Positions 57,282 through 64,000 of a stretch of 64,000 bases of DNA are shown here, in pieces; the first letter of the stretch is position 1, and each line of letters opens with the position of its first letter. The translations under genes were made by a program, and so were the position numbers. The stretch covers positions 801 through 64,800 of the forward strand of contig PCYA01000017.1 of assembly GCA_002762795.1 (NCBI GenBank), written 5' to 3'. The notes beneath the pieces were generated by a model. That model was not told where the DNA came from. It saw only the letters and a program-made list of their open reading frames with translations, and did no database searches. This DNA comes from Candidatus Woesearchaeota archaeon CG10_big_fil_rev_8_21_14_0_10_37_12. Its GTDB lineage: Archaea; Nanobdellota; Nanobdellia; Woesearchaeales; ARS49.

Positions 57282-57569
57282 TCAATCTACCGTAAACAAC
57301 ACATTATCGCCATCTACGTCAAACAATCCTATTCGTGCTCCGGCATCTAACCAACCATGTGCGTAATTTAATGCTGCAAATGCAGTCACAACATCGCCTT
57401 TCTCGGCAAAGTGCTTGGCATCATCAAAATATCTTTGTGCCATGTCTAAGAAATCTTTTGCGGATTTTTCACAATCAATTTCTATAGAACAAGCAATCTT
57501 TACTTTTGCAAGAGCGCGTGAGGTCACATCAAAATATTTTTCCAGTTTTTGTTTTGTTATTTTGTCCAT
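57282..57569 (-). CDS. conserved uncharacterised archaeal protein (superoperon member)
   Basis: 95 aa, immediately downstream of rpoK. Confidence 0.35.
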   Translation of the reverse strand: MDKITKQKLEKYFDVTSRALAKVKIACSIEIDCEKSAKDFLDMAQRYFDDAKHFAEKGDVVTAFAALNYAHGWLDAGARIGLFDVDGDNVLFTVD

Positions 57570-57612
57570 TGTATTTGCTGATCGAGTAACTATGATAAAG
57601 AAAAAAATAAAA

Positions 57613-57849
57613 TCAAGCTGCTGCTTTAGCTTCTTTTTTCACAGCTTTTCTTTCGTGATATTTTATTGTGATTGGGAGCAAATCAGCATCAAATTCCTTC
57701 TTTGCAATTTCAATTGGGTTATACCCGATTGCTTCCAAATCTTTCTCAGAGAGCTTCACCAAAAATGGCGCACCCATACTGATCTGCAATGCTCTGCTTC
57801 CAATCAATCGAGCTTTTTCATATTTTGTGTATTTCTTCATTTTGGCCAC
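57613..57849 (-). CDS. rpoK: DNA-directed RNA polymerase subunit K (Rpo6)
   Basis: [24 protein letters not shown] matches the RpoK/Rpb6 signature. Confidence 0.75.
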   Translation of the reverse strand: MAKMKKYTKYEKARLIGSRALQISMGAPFLVKLSEKDLEAIGYNPIEIAKKEFDADLLPITIKYHERKAVKKEAKAAA

Positions 57850-57853
57850 CTGT

Positions 57854-58627
57854 TCATAATGCTTTTCTCAACTTTTGTGCAGCTTTTTGCGCAATTTTTA
57901 TCATTTCATCAACATCTTTTAGTGTAAGAGGGGACTGGCCGCCTTTTTGCAAAGCACAAACAGTGTCCTTCTCAGTAACACCAACAGTTAATCTTGCTTC
58001 AACTACTTTTTCTTCATCTGAAAGAGGGTCAACAAAGAACTGATCACCTACTTTCAAAACAGTAACTTCCAAAGGTTCACGCTTTAGAGGCAACTTATTT
58101 TTCGTTCTTTCTTCATAATTTGCTTTGCCCTCTTTCGTTAAACCAGGAAACTTTGCATCTTTCAATGCTGCAAGAGCAGCCAATGCAGCAGCATCAAACA
58201 AATTGCCTGCATCGTTTATTGAACAAACATCAATCATTACTCCCCAGGCATTCTCTCCGGGAGAAATGCACAATTTCTTAACATCGATAGATTTGCTTTC
58301 TCTTATGCTCCTGTCAACAACACGGGCGAGTTCTGTTGCTTGATCACCAGGAGGACCTGGTTCAAATTCAGGATTGCTCATTGGCAACAATTCAGCGTTA
58401 ACCATTAAATTACCTTCATTAGGTCTGTCTGGGTATGGAGTTGCTGTTTCTAATTTAATTCCTGCAATCACTTCAGTTTCTCCAATTTTGACTCTTGCAG
58501 AACCTTCTGCACTTCTTGAAATCCCGTATTCTACTGTTATCTCTCTGTAATCAAAAGGTTTTCTGCCATCATATCTGCAATTCTTTTTTAATGCTGCCAA
58601 TAAATGCGCTTTTCTTTCACTGTTCAT
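57854..58627 (-). CDS. rrp42: exosome complex component Rrp42
   Basis: RNase PH-like, 257 aa, [13 protein letters not shown], lacks the Rrp41 catalytic motifs; 4-nt overlap with rrp41. Confidence 0.85.
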   Translation of the reverse strand: MNSERKAHLLAALKKNCRYDGRKPFDYREITVEYGISRSAEGSARVKIGETEVIAGIKLETATPYPDRPNEGNLMVNAELLPMSNPEFEPGPPGDQATELARVVDRSIRESKSIDVKKLCISPGENAWGVMIDVCSINDAGNLFDAAALAALAALKDAKFPGLTKEGKANYEERTKNKLPLKREPLEVTVLKVGDQFFVDPLSDEEKVVEARLTVGVTEKDTVCALQKGGQSPLTLKDVDEMIKIAQKAAQKLRKAL

Positions 58628-59328
58628 TTTTTCACCTGTGTAAACTTTTCTTTCAGTGCAACTTTTTGCACATCATAAATTTGCTTTGCAGTATTATTTG
58701 CAAGCTTCAATGCATCACTCAGCATCTCAGCAGAAATTTCTCCGTCCATCTGAAGTAAAGTAACTTCTCCTGTGCTTGGCAAAATCGCCATTGGAATGTC
58801 ACATCCATCTTCATGTGAATCTTCTAAATAATTCAAGTCGATAACAACTTTATCTTCAACTCTGCCTGCAGCAATTGCACAAACAAGATCTTTCATTGTA
58901 AGACCGGCATCAGCTAAAGCCATAGATGCAGCATTTAGTCCTGCACAGCGTGTTCCTGCATCTGTCTGAGGAAACTCAATAAACACATCAACCACTGCAT
59001 TTGGATAGTCTTTCAAATCAAGAACAGGTGTTAATGCATTTTGCATTACCATACAAATTTCTTTGCTTCTTCTTCCGCCGCCAGGACGAACTCTATCTCC
59101 ATGACCTGAAAAAGGCATCATATTATAATGCACTCTCAAAATTCCTGTAGATGGATTTTGCATAAATTTTGGATGTAAATCACGAGGACCATATACTGCT
59201 GCATACGCAATGGTGTCTCCTGCTTGAAACATTGCAGAACCATCTGCACGAGGAATGATGCCAACTTTTGCAATCATAGGTCTTGTTTCATCAAACTTTC
59301 TGCCGTCAAATCTTTTTGTGTAAGTCAT
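58624..59328 (-). CDS. rrp41: exosome complex exonuclease Rrp41
   Basis: RFDGRKFDETRPM, AVYGPRD, phosphate-binding GxxGRR-like SGHGDRVRPGGGRRSKE. Confidence 0.9.
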   Translation of the reverse strand: MTYTKRFDGRKFDETRPMIAKVGIIPRADGSAMFQAGDTIAYAAVYGPRDLHPKFMQNPSTGILRVHYNMMPFSGHGDRVRPGGGRRSKEICMVMQNALTPVLDLKDYPNAVVDVFIEFPQTDAGTRCAGLNAASMALADAGLTMKDLVCAIAAGRVEDKVVIDLNYLEDSHEDGCDIPMAILPSTGEVTLLQMDGEISAEMLSDALKLANNTAKQIYDVQKVALKEKFTQVKK

Positions 59329-60017
59329 TGTGAACCTCCATTAGCAAGCATTTCGCTTACTCTTTCTGTCAAACCACTCAAATGTGCCTGTTGTTCAATA
59401 GTTTTAATCGTGTTAACTGCAACAACTTCTTGATGTGGCTCTCCTGAAATCCAAACCAATCCGTTTTGTCCAACAACAATATCACAGCCAGTTTTTTCTT
59501 TGATCAGAGTTACCATGCTGCCTTCTTTGCCTATAATCCTTGGGACTTTTTTTGGTGAAACAGAAATAATTCTTCCACCTCGCAATTTTCTCAAGCCAGG
59601 ACCTTTTGTTGCAATATCAACAAGTTTCTGGCTTGTCACATTTGTAATCATGCCAATCGCATAATCGCTGATGTTAAAATATTGCGTTAAATCAGCACCT
59701 CTAGGAATAAACTCACTCACAGCGTCTTTCATGTTAAGTACTGCAGAGTAAGGGCAGTTAATGTCAAATCTCCACCCAGTCATCAGCACATCAACAACGC
59801 GACCAATAACACGATCTTTTACTTTCGGATCATATTTGCCGGACAATGTGATTAATTTAATCACTTTTCCATCAACAGAAACCATTCCCAGCTTCTGTGC
59901 AACAATATTTGATTCATACCTATACGTTCCTGGACCAGGAAGAAAACTCATTCCTGTTGCAATTGTTTCTCCAGGAACAACAATATCTTTGTCATTCACT
60001 TTTAATTCTTCTTTCAT
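59325..60017 (-). CDS. rrp4: exosome complex RNA-binding protein Rrp4 (S1 plus KH)
   Basis: N-terminal domain, S1 domain, KH GxxG IIGKEGSMV. Confidence 0.85.
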   Translation of the reverse strand: MKEELKVNDKDIVVPGETIATGMSFLPGPGTYRYESNIVAQKLGMVSVDGKVIKLITLSGKYDPKVKDRVIGRVVDVLMTGWRFDINCPYSAVLNMKDAVSEFIPRGADLTQYFNISDYAIGMITNVTSQKLVDIATKGPGLRKLRGGRIISVSPKKVPRIIGKEGSMVTLIKEKTGCDIVVGQNGLVWISGEPHQEVVAVNTIKTIEQQAHLSGLTERVSEMLANGGSQ

Positions 60018-60748
60018 TCGTCTTCACCTTTCACTTTAAGAACAGTTGCCTGCACGTTTCCGTGAGTAATCTTGTTCAATTTATCATACAATTCACTTTC
60101 TAAACCGCCTGGAATTTCAATAGTGCCATACCATGCGCCGTTACTTCCCCATTTTTCTCTCAAAATCTTAGCAAAGTTTTTCACAACAGAAAAAGATTTG
60201 CTGGCATATTCTGCAGGAATTGTAATATCGATTTCTTTTGTTACGAGCTTTATTGGCAGAATAGGACGTAACGCTTTGAGAAGAACAGGAATTTGCTCTT
60301 CTGCTGTTTTTTGCGGATCAATTTTTGCATGAGCTTCGTCTAATGCTGATTCAATCCTGCCAATAGGATGAGGCAATTTCGTTCGAGGATCAACACCTTG
60401 TCTGTGCAACAAGTCAATAATTCTTCTTTTTTTCTGCTCAACTTGCTGTTTTCTAAATTCAGCAGTGATCTGAATTTCTCCTTTCTGAATAATCTGCTTT
60501 GCAACTTCAAGATAATCATCAGTTCCAAATAACTCGGACATTTTTTCTTCAGAAGCAAGCAAACCTTTCTTAGCATCAGAATACACTTTTGGATAAACAA
60601 GAGCGTCGCTTACACTAGCATTTCCTGATTTGCATTTGATTGCCATATCAGGATGAATAACTATTTCAAAATGCTCGTTGCCTTTTTTAATTCTTGCAAC
60701 GTTTATATGTTCGCTTTTATTTTTTTTATTTTGTACGTGTTCGCTCAT
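60014..60748 (-). CDS. SBDS/Sdo1 ribosome maturation protein
   Basis: VARIKKGNEHFEIVIHPDMA FYSH domain; conserved position between psmA and rrp4. Confidence 0.8.
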   Translation of the reverse strand: MSEHVQNKKNKSEHINVARIKKGNEHFEIVIHPDMAIKCKSGNASVSDALVYPKVYSDAKKGLLASEEKMSELFGTDDYLEVAKQIIQKGEIQITAEFRKQQVEQKKRRIIDLLHRQGVDPRTKLPHPIGRIESALDEAHAKIDPQKTAEEQIPVLLKALRPILPIKLVTKEIDITIPAEYASKSFSVVKNFAKILREKWGSNGAWYGTIEIPGGLESELYDKLNKITHGNVQATVLKVKGEDE

Positions 60749-61494
60749 TTCTTCTTTGCATCTTTCAATGCCTTCTCAAGTTTATCTTTTTTCACAGAGG
60801 TAAATTTCAAATCGTCTTTCTTGATGTATGCTGCATCAACACGATCAATATTAAACTCGTGATCAAGTACAGTATTCAGCGCATTGACTGCTAACAATAA
60901 GCCTTCATCTATTGTCATTTTTGAATTGAATTTCTTATCAAGAATTTCTTCTATCTCAAGCTCTCCCTCTCCAATAACTGTTGCTCTGTACTGGAAATAA
61001 ATTCCTGTAGGATCAGTCTCAAATAGTTTTGGACCGTCACTGTCAACACCGGCAATAATAACAGACACGCCAAAAGGTCTCAAGCCGCCAGATTGCGTAC
61101 ACATTTGTTTTAATGAACAAATGTCTTTGACAACAGTAACTGTGTCAATAGGAGTATCATAAGTAACTCTGTGCTGTTGCGCTTTTACCTGGCCGCGCTC
61201 AATTAAAACACGCGCATCAGACAAAATTCCGCTTGCAGTTGCTCCAATATGTTCATCAATCTGAAAAATTTTTTCAACACTTTCGGGAATAACAAGCTTA
61301 TCAACAATACGCTTGTCTGCAACAAGCAACACGCCATCGGAACAAACCATGCCAATAGCTGTAGAACCTTGTCTTACAGTTTTTTTTGCATACTCAACTT
61401 GCAATAATCTGCCATCAGGCGAGAACATTGTAATAGCTCGATCATAACCCATTAATTGATGGGGCATCGGTTGCATACTCTCTTCTTTCACCAT
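60745..61494 (-). CDS. psmA: proteasome subunit alpha
   Basis: GYDRAITMFSPDGRLLQVEYAKK alpha-subunit N-terminal signature. Confidence 0.92.
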   Translation of the reverse strand: MVKEESMQPMPHQLMGYDRAITMFSPDGRLLQVEYAKKTVRQGSTAIGMVCSDGVLLVADKRIVDKLVIPESVEKIFQIDEHIGATASGILSDARVLIERGQVKAQQHRVTYDTPIDTVTVVKDICSLKQMCTQSGGLRPFGVSVIIAGVDSDGPKLFETDPTGIYFQYRATVIGEGELEIEEILDKKFNSKMTIDEGLLLAVNALNTVLDHEFNIDRVDAAYIKKDDLKFTSVKKDKLEKALKDAKKK

Positions 61495-61503
61495 TTTTTC
61501 CTC

Positions 61504-61983
61504 CTAAACCACATATTTTTTCTCAGCTTTCGTTAACATGCCAGAAATTCCAACAGATCTGACAATAACATCTTGATTGTTAATTTTTGTTACTAGTGCT
61601 AAACTTGCCTTCATTTCATCTACACTCATATGTGATACTTTGATTAAACCTCTTTGTTTATTTTGATTAAACTTATCTGCAAAATGCTTAACGCCTATTC
61701 TAGCAGCACCTCTTGTTCCAACAAATGCAAGAACAGAATGCCAGATTGCTCTTGAAACATCAGCAAAAGAAAACCTGCTGCTGCTTATAACTTCAAATGC
61801 AACATAGCGCTTTTTCTCTTTTAATGTTGGCAAAATTGGTTTTAAGCGTTTGCTAATCTTTGTCACGTTTGAACACCTATGTTTTAGGTGCGAAAGAACT
61901 ATTTTTTCCCTCTCGCTCCTGTCTCTCGTACAGGACGTATTAAAAAATGATCCTTTATAAATGTTGTGGATTTGCCTCGCCAT
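61504..61983 (-). CDS. RNase P protein component Pop5 (Rpp14-like); 5' end uncertain
   Basis: KRYVAFEVIS...VIVRSVGISGMLTKAEKKY resembles Pop5; conserved position upstream of psmA; first ~45 aa may be over-extension. Confidence 0.5.
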   Translation of the reverse strand: MARQIHNIYKGSFFNTSCTRDRSEREKIVLSHLKHRCSNVTKISKRLKPILPTLKEKKRYVAFEVISSSRFSFADVSRAIWHSVLAFVGTRGAARIGVKHFADKFNQNKQRGLIKVSHMSVDEMKASLALVTKINNQDVIVRSVGISGMLTKAEKKYVV

Positions 61984-62911
61984 TATGAATCCACCACTTA
62001 TTCAGAGTAACCTATTTAAAAGACTGCATTTTAAGCAAATTATGCCTAGAGATTATTACAAACTCATTGAAACACCACTTGGAACATTTTCTTTGCAACA
62101 AAAACTTGGTGGAAAGGGCGATAATTGGCTTGGCAAAAACCAAGATGATAAAACACACTATGTGGTCTTTAAATTTGACACGGGATCATCACAATTTAAC
62201 AGAGAAGCTGTTGCGTTAACCTGCTTAGGTCAATCAGGTAATCACCCAAATATTACAACACCTCTCGGAGAATACTCTGACTCAGATGGAAACTACTTGA
62301 TGTTGGCGCATATTCCAGGAAGATCACTCAATCGCATAAAAACAAATCAAAACCCACAAAGTCTTCGTGTGCTATTGCCAGTACTAGATGCTCTTGATCA
62401 TTGTGCACGTTCAGGGGTTGTTCATAACGATCTAAAACCAGAAAATCTTGTTGTTCAACTTTCTGGATCACGCTACCAATCTGCACACGTTGTCGTAGTT
62501 GATTTTGGCAGTTCAGAACATGTCACCCAACCACCGAGCCTTATTATTTATGGTTCGCCCATATACATTGCTCCAGAACGTTTTAACCTGAACAACAAAC
62601 CCCATATTCGCAGTGACTTGTTTTCTGTTGGAAGTATAGGATGTAAGCTGCTTACTGGTATGGGTCCTTACGCACAAACAACAACAGAAGTTTTTCGATG
62701 TGTTGATGATTTAATTATGATGCGCGCAAAACAAATTGACCCAAGAACAATAAATAGAAGAATATCTCCACGCTTAAATGCAGTTCTTAGAAAAAGTGTA
62801 ACTGTTGATCCTGACAAACGTTTTCAAGAACCACGTGAACTTAAAGCAGCACTAGAAGACGTATTGACGGACAGAAGCTGGTTTAGTTTATCTCTTAGAA
62901 GAAACTGTTAG
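61961..62911 (+). CDS. Hanks-type Ser/Thr protein kinase
   Basis: Catalytic loop VHNDLKPENL (HRD replaced by HND), DFG (VVDFGSS), APE (IAPERF); beta3 Lys in HYVVFKF. Confidence 0.75.
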   Translation: MLWICLAIMNPPLIQSNLFKRLHFKQIMPRDYYKLIETPLGTFSLQQKLGGKGDNWLGKNQDDKTHYVVFKFDTGSSQFNREAVALTCLGQSGNHPNITTPLGEYSDSDGNYLMLAHIPGRSLNRIKTNQNPQSLRVLLPVLDALDHCARSGVVHNDLKPENLVVQLSGSRYQSAHVVVVDFGSSEHVTQPPSLIIYGSPIYIAPERFNLNNKPHIRSDLFSVGSIGCKLLTGMGPYAQTTTEVFRCVDDLIMMRAKQIDPRTINRRISPRLNAVLRKSVTVDPDKRFQEPRELKAALEDVLTDRSWFSLSLRRNC

Positions 62912-62947
62912 ACTTATTATTTAATAAGATAAAAAAATAATAAAAAA

Positions 62948-63202
62948 TTAACGGCATTTGCCGCATGCTTTCATTTTGATACATTTTGCAATGCACCAGA
63001 GCAAGAAACCGCCTGCATACCAGAGGGTTACTTGCGACCATACAAAACCTGCTGTTTGCATTTGCCAGCCTGCTACTAACATCCACAAGCCACCTGCAGT
63101 AAGCAAGATTGCTATCAAGACCAAAATAATACATTTTGGTCCGCATGCTTCCGGAGCACATGTAGGTGCAGCCATCATAGGTGCACTTCTTTTTTTCGCC
63201 AT
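62948..63202 (-). CDS. small membrane protein with C-terminal Cys cluster
   Basis: 84 aa, 2 TM helices, CIAKCIKMKACGKCR. Confidence 0.3.
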   Translation of the reverse strand: MAKKRSAPMMAAPTCAPEACGPKCIILVLIAILLTAGGLWMLVAGWQMQTAGFVWSQVTLWYAGGFLLWCIAKCIKMKACGKCR

Positions 63203-63334
63203 TGAATATCACCTCTTAAAAGATTTACAGGAAGATTATTTGTTTTGTATTTAAGTTTTGCGTAATATTCTGACACTTCTTTTGAGGAATAACGAGGAGA
63301 AGGTTTTTTATTTGTCAAGCATATTCATAACATC

Positions 63335-63736
63335 ATGCTAAACGAGATTTTGCTTGCGTTATACGATGCTGAGTTAGATGTGTTTGTTGAAGCAAAACTT
63401 CAGGAACATACTGGTGAACTGTATAGAAGAGAACCATTAACGACCCTTGCTGGATGGGATGACATTCTTCGCAATGAAAAAGGAAAAGTAAGTAGCCCGG
63501 GTTATTTTACTGCACGAGACCGAGAAAGTTCTGAAGCACTTCATCAACGCAGCGCGTTATATTTTGCAACTCAATATTGGGCAGTAAGACAAGGAATCAA
63601 CGCAACATTTGTCACAACAGAACAGTTTGATGCAGAACCGATAGGCAAACAAAGATTTTCAGGAAAATTCTTTCGGAGACAAGCAGAACGCTGGATAACA
63701 ACCGCAACTGCTTACGCATTAAAATCAAGAAAATGA
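63335..63736 (+). CDS. hypothetical protein adjacent to tRNA-Lys
   Basis: 133 aa. Confidence 0.4.
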   Translation: MLNEILLALYDAELDVFVEAKLQEHTGELYRREPLTTLAGWDDILRNEKGKVSSPGYFTARDRESSEALHQRSALYFATQYWAVRQGINATFVTTEQFDAEPIGKQRFSGKFFRRQAERWITTATAYALKSRK

Positions 63737-63757
63737 TTAATTCAAAGTTGCCTTTAC

Positions 63758-63852
63758 GGACCGTAGGGGCTTCGAACCCCCGACCACTCGGTATCTGTCT
63801 TGAGTATATCAAGCTAAGAGCCGAGTGCTCTACCAGACTGAGCTAACGGTCC
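63758..63852 (-). tRNA. tRNA-Lys(CUU) with a 22-nt intron at the canonical 37/38 position
   Basis: Reverse complement GGACCGT-TA-GCTC-AGTCTGGTA-GAGC-A-CTCGG-CUCUUA-[GCTTGATATACTCAAGACAGAT]-A-CCGAG-TGGTC-GGGGG-TTCGAAG-CCCCT-ACGGTCC gives a perfect 7-bp acceptor, D, anticodon and T stems, U33, anticodon CUU; no encoded CCA. Confidence 0.8.
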
Positions 63853-64000
63853 AATATAAAGAAAAACAAGCGTTTCTTTTAAATATCTTGCGCAGTTATT
63901 TCCTTAACTTTTTAATTTGCAATCTAAAAAATTTCTTTACTTCTTTCACAACAGAATCTGTACTTGCAAAGAAGTCAAACAAACTTCCTATGAAAAGTGT

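Overview
AT-rich archaeal chromosomal segment, most likely from a DPANN-type archaeon. GC looks about 36-40% by eye; I did not compute it. The archaeal assignment rests on core markers: 20S proteasome alpha and beta subunits, exosome Rrp4/Rrp41/Rrp42 with SBDS and RNase P Pop5 in the conserved archaeal superoperon, aCPSF1/FttA, RNA polymerase subunits K and F, ribosomal protein L21e, Pth2, a NOG1-family GTPase, FtsZ, a XerA-like recombinase, MetRS/HisRS/ProRS, PRPP synthetase, and an intron-containing tRNA-Lys(CUU). Promoters are TATA-box type and often leaderless. Accessory content sits between these genes. There is a roughly 9.5-kb two-gene giant surface-protein locus whose 2267-aa gene is interrupted by an in-frame TAA. 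There is a cadherin-repeat surface protein and several secreted or membrane proteins. Two toxin-antitoxin cassettes are present: an HTH-MNT/HEPN pair flanked by about 50-bp direct repeats, and a VapBC pair. A three-gene operon encodes an HExxH peptidase plus a protein with tandem nucleotidyltransferase domains. Three bacterial-type signalling genes are unexpected in an archaeon: a sigma-54-activator AAA+ domain with an intact GAFTGA loop, convergent with a double Fis-HTH protein; a GGDEF diguanylate cyclase with I-site; and a Hanks-type kinase. At least three families of structured intergenic repeats occur: a MITE-like element in three copies, a roughly 165-bp multi-hairpin element in two copies that each abut a start codon and show compensatory base changes, and a GC hairpin/T-tract terminator-like element in two copies. 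No rRNA or CRISPR was seen.
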